Origin: Eledone cirrhosa
Lineage: Eukaryota
Reading direction: 5' to 3'
Length of the DNA stretch: 64,000 bases
NCBI GenBank assembly: GCA_964016885.1
Contig: OZ024741.1
Location: 388,306,001-388,370,000, forward strand
A program made the translations under genes and the position numbers. Positions 1-15,835 of this stretch are shown in pieces. Positions within the stretch are counted from its first letter, which is position 1. The number at the start of each line of letters is the position of its first letter. The notes beneath the pieces are model-generated. The model searched no databases and was not told where the DNA came from. It saw only the letters and a list, made by a program, of their open reading frames with translations.

Positions 1-3000
1 ACCTCACACCACTCTGCCATACAACACTACCTTACACCACACAACCTCACACCACACTGCCATACAACACTCCCTTACACCACACAACCTCACACGACAC
101 TGCCATACAACACTACATTGCACCACAAAACCTCACACCCCACTGCCATACAACACTACCTTACACCACACAACCTCACACCACACTGCCATACAACACT
201 ACCTTACACCACACAACCTCACACCACACTGCCATACAACACTACCTTACACCACAAAACCTCACACGACACTGCCATACAACACTACCTTACACCACAC
301 AACCTCACACCACACTGCCATACAACACTACCTTACACCACACAACCTCACACCACACTGCCATACAACACTACCTTACACCACAAAACCTCACACCACA
401 CTGCCATACAACACTACCTTACACCACACAACCTCACACCACACTGCCATACAACACTACCTTACACCAGACAACCTCACACCACTCTGCCATACAACAC
501 TACCTTACACCACACAACCTCACACCACTCTGCCATACAACACTACCTTACACCACAAAACCCCACACCACTATGCCATACGACACTACCTTACACCACA
601 CAACCTCACACCACACTGCCATACAACACTACCTTACACCACACAACCTCACACCACACTGCCATACAACACTACCTTACACCACAAAACCCCACACCAC
701 TCTGCCATACAACACTATCTTACACCACAAAACCCCACACCACTCTGCCATACAACACTACCTTACACCACACAACCTCACACCACTCTGCCATACAACA
801 CTACCTTACACCACACAACCTCACACCACTCTGCCATACAACACTACCTTACACCACAAAACCCCACACCACTCTGCCATACGACACTACCTTACACCAC
901 ACAACCTCACACCACTCTGCCATACAACACTACCTTACACCACAAAACCCCACACCACTCTGCCATACGACACTACTTTACACCACACAACCTCACACCA
1001 CTCTGCCATACAACACTACCTTACACCACAAAACCCCACACCACTCTGCCATACAACACTACCTTACACCACACAACCTCACACCACTCTGCCATACAAC
1101 ACTACCTTACACCACACAACCTCACACCACTCTGCCATACAACACTACCTTACACCACAAAACCCCACACCACTCTGCCATACGACACTACCTTACACCA
1201 CACAACCTCACACCACTCTGCCATACAACACTACCTTACACCACAAAACCCCACACCACACTGCCATACAACACTACCTTACACCACACAACCTCACACC
1301 ACACTGCCATACAACACTACCTTACACCACACAACCTCACACCACACTGCCATACAACACTACCTTACACCACACAAACTCACACCACACTGCCATACAA
1401 CACTACCTCACACCACACTGCCATACAACACTACCTTACACCACACAACCTCACACCACACTGCCATACAACACTACCTTACACCACACAACCTCACACC
1501 ACACTGCCATACAAGACTACCTTACACCACACAACCTCACACCACTCTGCCATACAACACTACCTTACACCACAAAACCCCCACACCACTCTGCCATACA
1601 ACACTACCTTACACCACAAAACCCCACACCACTCTGCCATAAAACACTACCTTACACCACACAACCTCACACCACACTGCCATACAACACTACCTTACAC
1701 CACAAAACCCCACACCACTCTGCCATACAACACTACCTTACACCACAAAACCTCACACCACTCTGCCATACAACACTACCTTACACCACACAACCTCACA
1801 CCACTCTGCCATACAACACTACCTTACACCACAGAACCTCACATCACACTGCCATACAACACTACCTTACACCACACAACCTCACACCACACTGCCATAC
1901 AACACTACCTTACACCACAGAACCTCACACCACACTGCCATACAACACTACCTTACACCACACAACCTCACACCACACTGCCATACAACACTACCTTACA
2001 CCACACAACCTCACACCACTCTGCCATACAACACTACCTTACACCACACAACCTCACACCACTCTGCCATACAACACTACCTTACACCACACAACCTCAC
2101 ACCACACTGCCATACAACACTACCTTACACCACAAAACCCCACACCACTCTGCCATACAACACTACCTTACACCACACAACCTCACACCACACTGCCATA
2201 CAACACTACCTTACACCACACAACCTCACACCACACTGCCATACAACACTACCTTACACCACACAACCTCACACCACTCTGCCATACAACACTACCTTAC
2301 ACCACACAACCACACACCACTCTGCCATACAACACTACCTTACACCACACAACCTCACACCACTCTGCCATACAACACTACCTTACACCACACAACCTCA
2401 CACCACACTGCCATACAACACTACCTTACACCACAAAACCTCACACCACACTGCCATACAACACTACTTTAAACCACAAATCCTCACACCACACTGCCAT
2501 ACAACACTACCTTACACCACACAACCTCACACCACACTGCCTTACAACACTACTTTAAACCACACAACCTCACACCACACTGCCATACAACACTACCTTA
2601 CACCACACAACCTCACACCACACTGCCATACAACACTACCTTACACCACAAAACCTCACACCACACTGCCATACAACACTACTTTAAACCACACAACCTC
2701 ACACCACACTGCCATACAACACTACCTTACACCACACAACCACACACCACTCTGCCATACAACACTACCTTACACCACACAACCTCACACCACACTGCCA
2801 TACAACACTACCTTACACCACACAACCTCACACCACACTGCCATACAACAGTACCTTACACCACACAACCTCACACCACACTGCCATACAACACTACCTT
2901 ACACCACACAACCTCACACCACACTGCCATACAACACTACCTTACACCACAAAACCTCACACCACACTGCCATACAACACTACTTTAAACCACAAAACCT

Positions 3001-6000
3001 CACACCACACTGCCATACAACACTACCTTACACCACACAACCTCACACCACTCTGCCATACAACACTACCTTACACCACACAACCTCACACCACTCTGCC
3101 ATACAACACTACCTTACACCACACAACCTCACACCACTCTGCCATACAACACTACCTTACACCACACAACCTCACACCACACTGCCATACAACACTACCT
3201 TACACCACACAATCTCACACCACACTGCCATACAACACTACCTCACACCACACTGCCATACAACACTACTTTAAACCACAAAACCTCACACCACACTGCC
3301 ATACAACACTACCTTACACCACACAACCTCACACCACTCTGCCATACAACACTACCTTACACCACACAACCTCACACCACACTGCCATACAACACTACCT
3401 TACACCACACAATCTCACACCACTCTGCCATACAACACTACCTTACACCACACAACCTCACACCACACTGCCATACAACACTACCTTACACCACAAAACC
3501 TCACACCACACTGCCATACAACACTACCTTACACCACACAACCACACACCACACTGCCATACAACACTACCTTACACCACACAACCTCACACCACACTGC
3601 CATACAACACTACCTTACACCACACAATCTCACACCACTCTGCCATACAACACTACCTTACACCACACAACCTCACACCACACTGCCATACAACACTACC
3701 TTACACCACAAAACCTCACACCACACTGCCATACAACACTACCTTACACCAAACAACCACACACCACACTGCCATACAACACTACCTTACACCACACAAC
3801 CTCACACCACACTGCCATACAACACTACTTTAAACCACAAAACCTCACACCACACTGACATACAACACTACCTTACACCACACAACCTCACACCACTCTG
3901 CCATACAACACTACCTTACACCACACAACCTCACACCACACTGCCCTACAACACTACCTTACACCACACAACCTCACACCACACTGCCATACAACACTAC
4001 CTTACACCACAAAACCTCACACCACACTGCCATACAACACTACCTCACACCACACTGCCATACAACACTACTTTAAACCACACAACCTCGCACCACACTG
4101 CCATACACCACTACCTTACACCACACAACCTCACACCACACTGCCATACAACACTACCTTACACCACACAACCTCACACCACACTGCCATACAATACTAC
4201 CTTACACCACACAACCTCACACCACACTGCCATACAACACTACCTTACACCACACAACCTCACACCACACTGCCATACAACACTACCTTACACCACACAA
4301 CCTCACACCACACTGCCATACAATACTACCTTACACCACACAACCTCACACCACACTGCCATACAACACTACCTTACACCACACAACCTCACACCACACT
4401 GCCATACAATACTACCTTACACCACACAACCTCACACCACACTGCCATACAACACTACCTTACACCACACAACCTCACACCACACTGCCATACAACACTA
4501 CCTTACACCACACAACCTCACACCACACTGCCATACAATACTACCTTACACCACACAACATCACACCACACTGCCATACAACACTACCTTACACCACACA
4601 ACCTCACACCACACTGCCATACAACACTACCTTACACCACACAACCTCACACCACACTGCCATACAATACTACCTTACACCACACAACCTCACACCACAC
4701 TGCCATACAACACTACCTTACACCACACAACCTCACACCACACTGCCATACAACACTACCTTACACCACACAACCTCACACCACACTGCCATACAACACT
4801 ACCTTACACCACACAACCTCACACCACTCTGCCATACAACACTACCTTACACCACACAACCTCACACCACACTGCCATACAACACTACCTTACACCACAC
4901 AACCTCACACCACACTGCCATACAATACTACCTTACACCACACAACCTCACACCACACTGCCATACAACACTACCTTACACCACACAACCTCACACCACA
5001 CTGCCATACAACACTACCTTACACCACAAAACCTCACACCACACTGCCATACAACACTACCTCACACCACACTGCCATACAACACTACTTTAAACCACAC
5101 AACCTCGCACCACACTGCCATACAACACTACCTTACACCACACAACCTCACACCACACTGCCATACAACACTACCTTACACCACACAACCTCACACCACA
5201 CTGCCATACAATACTACCTTACACCACACAACCTCACACCACACTGCCATACAACACTACCTTACACCACACAACCTCACACCACACTGACATACAATAC
5301 TACCTTACACCACACAACCTCACACCACACTGCCATACAACACTACTTTAAACCACAAAACCTCACACCACTCTGCGATACAACACTAACTTACACCACA
5401 CAACCTCACACCACACTGCCATACAACACTACCTTACACCACACAACCTCACACCACACTGCCATACAACACTACCTTACACCACAAAACCTCACACCAC
5501 ACTGCCATACAACACTACCTTACACCACACAACCTCACACCACTCTGCCATACAACACTACCTTACACCACACAACCTCACACCACACTGCCATACAACA
5601 CTACTTTAAACCACAAAACCTCACACCACACTGCCATACAACACTACCTTACACCACACAACCTCACACCACACTGCCATACAACACTACCTTACACCAC
5701 ACAACCTCACACCACTCTGCCATACAACACTACTTTAAACCACAAAACCTCACACCACACTGCCATACAACACTACCTTACACCACACAACCTCACACCC
5801 CACTGCCATACAACACTACCTTACACCACACAACCTCACACCACACTGCCATACAACACTACCTTACACCACACAACCACACACCACACTGCCATACAAC
5901 ACTACCTTACACCACACAACCTCACACCACACTGCCATACAACACTACCTTACACCACACAACCTCACACCACACTGCCATACAACACTACCTTACACCA

Positions 6001-9000
6001 CACAACCTCACACCACACTGCCATACAACACTACCTTAGACCACACAACTACACACCACTCTGCCATACAACACTACCTTACACCACACAACCTCACACC
6101 ACACTGCCATACAACACTACCTTACACCACACAACCTCACACCACTCTGCCATACAACACTACGTTACACCACACAACCTCACACCACACTGCCATACAA
6201 CACTACCTTACACCACACAACCTCACACCACACTGCCATACAACACTACCTTACATCACACAACCTCACACCACACTGCCATACAACACTACCTTACACC
6301 ACACAACCTCACACCACACTGCCATACAACACTACCTTACACCACACAACCTCACACCACACTGCCATACAACACTACCTTACATCACACAACCTCACAC
6401 CACACTGCCATACAACACTACCTTACACCACACAACCTCACACCACACTGCCATACAACACTACCTTACACCACAAAACCTCACACCCCACTGCCATACA
6501 ACACTACCTTACACCACACAACCTCACACCACTCTGCCATACAACACTACTTTAAACCACAAAACCTCACACCACACTGCCATACAACACTACCTTACAC
6601 CACAAAACCTCACACCACACTGCCATACAACACTACCTTACACCACACAACCTCACACCACACTGCCATACAACACTACCTTACACCACACAACCTCACA
6701 CCACACTGCCATACAACACTACCTTACACCACACAACCTCACACCACTCTGCCATACAACACTACTTTAAACCACAAAACCTCACACCACACTGCCATAC
6801 AACACTACCTTACACCACACAACCACACACCACACTGCCATACAACACTACCTTACACCACAAAACCTCACACCACACTGCCATACAACACTACCTTACA
6901 CCACACAACCTCACACCACACTGCCATACAACACTAACTTACACCACACAACCTCACACCACACTGCCATACAACACTACCTTACACCACACAACCTCAC
7001 ACCACACTGCCATACAACACTACCTTACACCACACAACCTCACACCACTCTGCCATACAACACTACCTTACACCACACAACCTCACACCACACTGCCATA
7101 CAACACTACCTTACACCACACAACCTCACACCACACTGCCATACAACACTACCTTACACCACACAACCTCACACCACACTGCCATACAACACTACCTTAC
7201 ACCACACAACCTCACACCACACTGCCTTACAACACTACCTCACACCACTCTGCCATACAACACTACCTTACACCACACAACCTCACACCACACTGCCATA
7301 CAACACTACCTTACACCACACAACCTCACACCACTCTGCCATACAACACTACCTTACACCACACAACCTCACACCACACTGCCATACAACACTACCTTAC
7401 ACCACACAACCTCACACCACACTGCCATACAACACTACCTTACACCACACAACCTCACACCACACTGCCATACAACACTACCTTACACCACACAACCTCA
7501 CACCACACTGCCTTACAACACTACCTCACACCACTCTGCCATACAACACTACCTTACACCACACAACCTCACACCACACTGCCATACAACACTACCTTAC
7601 ACCACACAACCTCACACCACTCTGCCATACAACACTACCTTACACCACACAACCTCACACCACACTGCCATACAACACTACCTTACACCACACAACCTCA
7701 CACCACACTGCCATACAACACTACCTTACACCACACAACCTCACACCACACTGCCATACAACACTACCTTACACCACACAACCTCACACCACACTGCCTT
7801 ACAACACTACCTCACACCACTCTGCCATACAACACTACCTTACACCACACAACCTCACACCACACTGCCATACAACAGTACCTTACACCACACAACCTCA
7901 CACCACACTGCCATACAACACTACCTTACACCACAAAACCTCACACCACACTGCCATACAACACTACCTTACACCACACAACCTCACACCACTCTGCCAT
8001 ACAACACTACCTTACACCACAAAACCTCACACCACTCTGCCATACAACACTACCTTACACCACACAACCTCACACCACACTGCCATACAACACTACCTTA
8101 CACCACACAACCTCACACCACACTGCCATACAACACTACCTTACATCACACAACCTCACACCACACTGCCATACAACACTACCTTACACCACACAACCTC
8201 ACACCACACTGCCATACAACACTACCTTACACCACACAACCTCACACCACACTGCCATACAACACTACCTTACATCACACAACCTCACACCACTCTGCCA
8301 TACAACACTACCTTACACCACACAACCTCACACCACACTGCCATACAACACTACCTTACACCACACAACCTCACACCACACTGCCATACAACACTACCTT
8401 ACACCACACAACCTCACACCACACTGCCATACAACACTACCTTACACCACACAACCTCACACCACACTGCCATACAACACTACCTTACACCACACAACCT
8501 CACACCACTCTGCCATACAACACTACCTTACACCACACAACCTCACACCACTCTGCCATACAACACTACCTTACACCACACAACCTCACACCACTCTGCC
8601 ATACAACACTACCTTACACCACACAACCTCACACCACACTGCCATACAACACTACTTTAAACCACAAAACCTCACACCACACTGCCATACAACACTACCT
8701 TACACCACAAAACCTCACACCACACTGCCATACAACACTACCTTACACCACACAACCTCACACCACACTGCCATACAACACTACCTTACACCACACAACC
8801 TCACACCACACTGCCATACAACACTACCTTACATCACACAACCTCACACCACACTGCCATACAACACTACCTTACACCACACAACCTCACACCACACTGC
8901 CATACAACACTACCTTACACCACACAACCTCACACCACTCTGCCATACAACACTACCTTACACCACACAACCTCACACCACTCTGCCATACAACACTACC

Positions 9001-10380
9001 TTTCACCACACAACCTCACACCACTCTGCCATACAACACTACCTTACACCACACAACCTCACACCACTCTGCCATACAACACTACCTTACACCACACAAC
9101 CTCACACCACACTGCCATACAACACTACCTTACACCACACAACCTCACACCACACTGCCATACAACACTACCTTACACCACACAACCTCACACCACTCTG
9201 CCATACAACACTACCTTACACCACACAACCTCACACCACACTGCCATACAACACTACCTTACATCACACAACCTCACACCACACTGCCATACAACACTAC
9301 CTTACACCACACAACCTCACACCACACTGCCATACAACACTACCTTACACCACACAACCTCACACCACACTGCCATACAACACTACCTTACACCACACAA
9401 CCTCACACCACACTGCCATACAACACTACCTTACACCACACAACCTCACACCACTCTGCCATACAACACTACTTTAAACCACAAAACCTCACACCACACT
9501 GCCATACAACACTACCTTACACCACACAACCACACACCACACTGCCATACAACACTACCTTACACCACACAACCACACACCACACTGCCATACAACACTA
9601 CCTCACACCACACTGCCATACAACACTACCTTACACCACACAACCTCACACCACTCTGCCATACAACACAACCTCACACCACTCTGCCATACAACACTAC
9701 CTTACACCACACAACCTCACACCACACTGCCATACAACACTACCTTACACCACACAACCTCACACCCCACTGCCATACAACACTACCTTACACCACACAA
9801 CCTCACACCCCACTGCCATACAACACTACCTTACACCACACAACCTCACACCACACTGCCATACAACACTACCTTACACCACAAAACCTCACACCACACT
9901 GCCATACAACACTACCTTACACCACAAAACCTCACACCACACTGCCATACAACACTACCTTACACCACACAACCTCACACCACACTGCCATACAACACTA
10001 CCTTACACCACACAACCTCACACCACACTGCCATACAATACTACCTTACACCACACAACCTCACACCACACTGCCATACAACACTACCTTACACCACACA
10101 ACCTCACACCACACTGCCATACAATACTACCTTACACCACACAACCTCACACCACACTGCCATACAACACTACCTTACACCACACAACCTCACACCACAC
10201 TGCCATACAACACTACCTTACACCACACAACCTCACACCATACTGCCATACAACACTACCTTACACCACACAACCTCACACCACACTGCCATACAACACT
10301 ACCTTACACCACACAACCTCACACCACACTGCCATACAACACTACCTTACACCACACAACCTCACACCACACTGCCATAC
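1..10380. repeat. 43-bp tandem satellite, about 240 copies, runs off the left edge
   Basis: Unit ACCTCACACCACACTGCCATACAACACTACCTTACACCACACA recurs every 43 nt. The 43-aa period of the ORFs equals 3 units. Occasional 28-bp deletion units are present. Confidence 0.98.
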
Positions 10381-10404
10381 AAAACACCAACACATTCCAC
10401 AACC

Positions 10405-10508
10405 ATATATGGTATGTGGAATGGATGACAAATGAAAGCCAGGCTCACTATATATGGTGTGTGGAATGGATGACAAATGAAAGCCAAGTTCATTATATAT
10501 GGTGTGTG
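10405..10508. repeat. Short tandem duplication, about 45 bp x 2.3
   Basis: TATATGGT(A/G)TGTGGAATGGATGACAAATGAAAGCCA occurs twice, followed by a third partial TATATGGTGTGTG. Confidence 0.85.
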
Positions 10509-11004
10509 TACGAGAAAGTTTGTTTAGCTTGAGCTAGTTAGACCATATTCTGGTCATTTTATGATTTAAAATTTTAATTACATAATCTTTACATTTGTAT
10601 GAAGAAGCTATTGAAATCTTTTGAGAATTCTGTTAGAATATCATCAATTATACTTTCCTTTCTTGATTCATACACAATTTAACTTTTCACACAATAAAAT
10701 ATTACCAAAAATATGGTTTTGGTTTGGTTTTCGCTTCAGTATAATTTTATATTTCTATAAATAATTTAGCTAGCAGGCAATGTTTATCATTGATTGACCA
10801 ACAGTTTAAATTATAAATATAAATATAATTTCTCAAAGTTTGTTGACAATATTAAGATATCATGACCCTCCCCAAAGATAACACTATCTGTTTCAACACA
10901 CGATTTCATATAAAAAACTTTGCAAAATAAAATATTGACTCATCGGTAGATTTGCCTCCCTTTACCACATTATGAAAGTCATCGCAAATTAGATGTCTTA
11001 CGGG

Positions 11005-11413
11005 AATAATAATAATGGTTTCTTATATAGGCACAAGGCCAGCGATTGGGGGGAGTCGATGAAATTGACCCCAGTGCGTGACTGGTACTTTATTTTATCG
11101 ACCCCGTAAGGATGAAAGGTAAAGTTAACCTCGGCGGGATTTGAACTCAGAATGGCAAGGGCCGTAACTCTATGCGTCAAAGTATGTCGTCCGACCCTCT
11201 ACCGATACTGCCAATCCATAATAATAATAATTGTTTCTACTCTTGGCACAAGGCCAGCAATTATCCCAGTGCGTGACTGGTACTTTATTTTATCGACCCT
11301 GTAAGGATGAAAAGCGAAGTTAACCTCGGCGGGATTTGAACTCAGATCATAAAGGGCCGTAACTCTATGCTGCAAAGCATGGCGTCCGACCCTCTACTGA
11401 TACTGCCAATCCA
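11005..11413 (-). mobile_element. Two head-to-tail tRNA-derived SINEs (family A): 11005-11217 and 11221-11413
   Basis: Minus strand shows A-box-like TGGCAGTATC, B-box GAGTTCAAATCC, central CCTTTCATCCTTACGGGGTCGATAAAATAAAGTACCAG, 3' GGCCTTGTGCC..AGAAAC and an (ATT)n tail. The family recurs across the window. Confidence 0.85.
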
Positions 11414-11416
11414 CCA

Positions 11417-12120
11417 ATAATAATGAAATTATTGTGTACAGTGCTCACGTATACTACAACTCATCAAAGGTGCATGTATAGTACATAGAATAATGTACAA
11501 ATGTCAGGAAAGTCAACAGTGTATGAGTCATGATATACACGCAGATACGTGCGTGTGTGTGTGTGGAGGGGAATATTAGGTGCAGTGTTGGCGAATTTCT
11601 GGAAGCATGGAGGTTTTAAAGGATGCAGTGCCTCGACAGTTAACAACTGATGCAGGTAGTTTGTTCCATGCTTCAGCAGCTCTGAGCGTGAAAATATGTT
11701 TCTGAAAGTCATGGGAGCTGTGCTCTTTTCTGACTTGTAGGCATGCCCACATGTGTTAGATACATGGAATTCAAAAAAGTGATCAGGGTTGTTGTTGGCA
11801 AAATGGTTAATAATTTTGTTAAAGTCAGTTGCCAGATGTCAGAGCTTCAATGTATCCATGCCCAGGGAAGCAAGGCATTCAGAGTATGGTAGATGCCTTA
11901 TAGAGGGTATTCGCTTGATTGCACGTCTCTGAACAGTTTCTAGGAGGTCAATATTCTGAGCAAGATAGGGGTGCCAAAGTGATGATGCAAATTCTAAGTG
12001 TGGCTACACCATAACTATATACAGCTTTAAATAGATAGCTGGAGAGCAGCTGACAAAGGTCTTACTGAGTGATGCTAAGACACACTTGGCATTCTTGACA
12101 ATTTTAGAGATGTGCTTTGT
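11417..12120 (-). mobile_element. 3' fragment of a CR1/L2-group LINE
   Basis: Minus strand translates to PHLEFASSLWHPYLAQNIDLLETVQRRAIKRI and HDFQKHIFTLRAAEAWNKLPASVV, typical of the C-terminus after the RT domain. It contains stops. Confidence 0.8.
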
Positions 12121-12129
12121 CCAACGCAA

Positions 12130-14050
12130 ACATTGCAGTCACTGCAGAAGTCCTCAAACACTTCCTCCAGCGAGTCCTGTCAGAAACAACCATCTCCAAC
12201 AGATCCAGCTTGATCCCCAAGCAAGAACAGCGAAGGGTCTGTCCCTGGGTCTCCTGCCACTTGGTTTTGCTTTTAAAATCTGTCTTGCGATTCTTTTCTG
12301 AGACATTCTAACCACATGCCCATAGTATCAGAGCTGTGATTTCTCAATTCAGAGAAGTAGCGGCTCTATCTGGAGTGACTCTCTGATCTCCGAGCTATGC
12401 ACTTTATTGAGTAACATTACTCCAAAGACCCTTCGAAGGAACCCCATTTCGGCCACTTGTATTCATGATCATATTCTTTCAGTCATTTACCCAAGATTCA
12501 TGACCACAGGTAAGGGTTGGCATGAATACCGAATTGAAGGTAGCAAGTTTTTGTTTTTACACCCTTCTTCTGATTACTAAATGCTGAATTGGGCACATTA
12601 TTGAACCAGCTCCTGCAATTCTTGCACTTAATTCAGCCCCGTGCTTTCCATCACTCCTGAACACGGCCCCAAGATACTTGACCTTCTCTACCTGCTTCAG
12701 TGGAACTCCATTCACATGTGCCTTTCCAGAGATCTAGGTCAATGGCTCACATGAGTCAGCCAGAGAATACCTTCTCTATTTAAGGCTTTTAACATCTCTG
12801 GCTGGATTTCATCTTCCTCAGCGGCTTTGTCACATTTGAGCTCTTTAACTGCTCTTGTGACCTCAGCCTCTCCCAGATGCACCTCGTGTACTTCCAGGTG
12901 CACCTCGTGTACATCCAAAGATGCTGCTGTGATCAGGTTTAAGAGATCAGCAAAGTATTCTCTTGTTGGCAGATGGTCTGTCAGAACACTTTATTTGCTG
13001 ATCTGAAATCAGATTTCAACTTAACCCCAAAGTCCTCCTATATCTTAACTTTGGGTGCTTTTATTGTCTCTGCTGTATATTTTTCATGCCTGCTTGCACA
13101 GCAAGTGCAAGAAAGAGGACTTATTTCCAAGTCAAGCTTTTTAAGCCTTCTTTGCTCAGATGGCATCTTTGACCTCCTGATTGAACCAAGGTATCTTCCT
13201 GCAATCCAGCACTACAGCAAGCCTCCTTTACACACAGCATTCAACAGCTGAAGCAGAAACTGCTGAGCTGAACAATCTCTACTCTGTCTCAACATCCTCA
13301 GTTTGCTGAGGGAGTTCTCTGAATTTGGATGCAATAGTATCTGCATACCTGGTCCTGACTTCCATATCCACCAATGTTTCCCACTTCCTGGACCTGCCAG
13401 ACTTTGTCTTTATGTAGTCTCAAGTTGCAGATAACTAGATGGTGATCAGTTGACATCTCAGACCCTCACTTAACACGAACATCCAGCACAGAATCAAAGA
13501 GATCAATAACAAAATCAATTATTGATCTCTGTCCTTGAAACTCCTTATACCATGTATATTTATGGATGCCTCTGTGCTGGAAGATGGTGTTCATAATAGA
13601 GAGTCCATTTCTAGAACAGAAGTCTAGTAAGGCCTATCTTTCAGCCTAAATTTCAAGAGGCACCCCCCCCCCCTCCTAATGGTATCCAACCCATAACACA
13701 TTCTGACAGCCGGGGTCTTCCGAGTATCTCCACTCCAGCCTGTGCAGTCATTTCTGGCTCCACATCTGAATAGTGGAGTTTCTATCCTCCATCCAAATCT
13801 ACAGTATCAGAACCACAGAACTTTGTTGAGGAAACCCCGACTATATCTATCTCGTAGCATCTAGTTTCCTCCACTAGTTCCTGCTCCTTACCTGTAAGGG
13901 TTGTAATATCCCAGGTTCCAACTGTTAAGGTTTGTTCCCTTCTGGACCCTCTTTGGGGTCTCGAGATATGCAATCTTTGTGCATTCATCTTTGCCTCCCA
14001 GACAGATTGCAGCCCCATTGCCAGTTCTGCAGCATGAAATGGAGACTGCA
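12130..14050 (-). mobile_element. Degraded, internally deleted RTE-clade LINE (second family)
   Basis: APE start LTVGTWDITTLTGKEQELVEE..IDIVGVSSTK at 13782-13930. C-terminal PTLTCGHESW..AEMGFLRRVFG..EIRESLQIEPL..YYGHVVRM at 12300-12550. The RT core is missing. Confidence 0.8.
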
Positions 14051-14569
14051 ATGTAATTTTCGAACAGGCCCATCTATCTATGGCCTGAATACGTCCCTTG
14101 TTAACCTGCCTAAAGGACGATGTGGTATGGGTCTCTTTGTTTTTCTCATCATATTACAGTTTCAGTTTTAGTGGTCTTATTTGCACCAGTCACCAATCTG
14201 GTACTTTGTCAAACCTACGAAGACTAGGCTTTTTTAGAGGCTGCTTTTACTCACCTCATCATAACTACATCACAGGGTTGTGAGAGGTTTCTTCGGAACT
14301 ACAGTTGTAACCAATTGCTCCATCCATCTCTCTTAGTAGTTTACTGCTGTTGGTCCAACGTTGCTTATTCATTTGGCAGTTGCCTGGTTATGTCACAACT
14401 AGCCATCATATCTGGTGGCTGTATTACTATCTACCACCTGCAATCTATTCTCTTGCAGAACAGCTTCACTAAGAAACCAGTCAAGTGTCTTTGAAATTAC
14501 ACTCTACCACCTTGAAAAAAAAAAAAAAGAATGACACACTAGATAAAGTAGGCTTAGATAATACCTGTC

Positions 14570-15330
14570 CGCACTCTATCATACCCCACTCCTAAATATG
14601 AACAACACACAACTAGAACCTTCAGGATTGCTATGAAAGCTAGGCCTCACTGTCACTGAGAATCTCTCCTGGTAAACACACATTGTCAATATAACAAATA
14701 TATCATAAATATTATATCCAACCTTCAACAACTACTATCCCTCTACAAAACTCAGGTGAAACCCACAATAGAGTACTCCTCCCACATCTAGATCATTGTT
14801 TATGTTACACATACAGGTACCTTACACTGCATCTAGATAAAGGTCAGCTGACAGATTGACATAAGGTCCACTTTCAAACACATTCCAACTGCTGGCTCAT
14901 TGACATGCTGTCTTTTCTACTGCTATCACAGTGGCCTCTACTTCTTAGATCTGGGTGTTCTTGTACCCAGAGGTGTAACTAGGGTATGACCAGCATGGCA
15001 TATGCCATGGGCGTCACTTGAAGAGGAACTCCACTTAGATATTATGGTTAACTGAAAGATAAGTGTCAGATGTTTGGGCAGGGGCGCAATTTCACTGCTT
15101 GCCATAGGCACTATTTTCCCTAGTTATACCTCTGCTTGTACCACCTCTTCTCAGACACTCTCAACTGACTCATCTATCCTCCTCTCCTTTCCCATATTTC
15201 CACTTTCTCAACAAAGTCCCACACTACTTCCACCCCTCTCTAATATTCCCTCCACAGAACATTATCTGTCTGGAATTCCCTCTCTGCATATATGTTTTTT
15301 AGAGCTGTCCCCTTTCAACTATTCAACAGG
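14570..15330 (+). mobile_element. Old CR1/L2/Jockey-group LINE 3' fragment, interrupted by a MITE
   Basis: LYKTQVKPTIEYSSHI near 14740-14790 and RTLSVWNSL near 15255-15285. Confidence 0.6.
14968..15134. mobile_element. 167-bp hAT-type MITE
   Basis: 17-bp TIRs CAGAGGTGTAACTAGGG / CCCTAGTTATACCTCTG with 1 mismatch. Exact 8-bp TSD CTTGTACC at 14960-14967 and 15135-15142. Confidence 0.9.
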
Positions 15331-15557
15331 AATACTAACTATCTCTTTAACACTTGTGTTAAAGGGTCTGTGAAGGCTATAATCATGGTCCCTTTCTCCT
15401 GACAACCAAATTAAACAAAAAACAAATCACCAAAAAGCCAAGTAATTGACTGGTAAACTTTTAAAGGTTGCAGTAATACTGCAGCCTTTCGAACACCAAT
15501 GTAGTGAATCCTCTTATCTCTTTTTAGCATTAATAATAGCCCACTAGATATGCTGGT

Positions 15558-15835
15558 TGAGGCACATGGCCTAGTGGTAAGCGAGTTGGACTTATCATAA
15601 TGTTGTGGGTTCAATTCCTGGACTGTGTTGTGCATTGTATATTGTGTTCTTGAGCAAAACACTTCATTTTACGTTACTCCAGTATACTCAGCTAAAAACG
15701 AGTACTAGCAACAATAGTTAGAGGTTTAACCCTGTGATGGACAGGCATTCTGTTCAAGGGGGAGTATTCTACTCTCAGTTCCTTAACTGGGATATGTAAA
15801 GGCCTGATGAGCCTCTGAACTCAAGACAGACTTTA
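15558..15835 (+). mobile_element. tRNA-derived SINE, family B
   Basis: A-box TGGCCTAGTGG, B-box GGGTTCAATTCC, CORE-like TTCTTGAGCAAAACACTT, 3' CTGATGAGCCTCTG..AGACAGACTTT. Confidence 0.8.

Noticed and set aside
118-2558. 784-aa and 661-aa His/Thr-rich ORFs
   Set aside because: They are translations of the stop-free 43-bp satellite. Several frames are open and cycle through the same peptide.
1-10380. Telomeric repeat
   Set aside because: It is C/A-rich but has no TTAGGG-type short unit. A subtelomeric position cannot be judged from this window.
11005-11413. tRNA genes
   Set aside because: A/B boxes are present but there is no cloverleaf. They continue into SINE bodies and tails.
15805-15835. 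CTGATGAGCCTCTG..AGAC in SINE family B as a hammerhead
   Set aside because: No GAAA core or stem III/UH in any copy. It fits a LINE-derived 3' stem-loop tail better.
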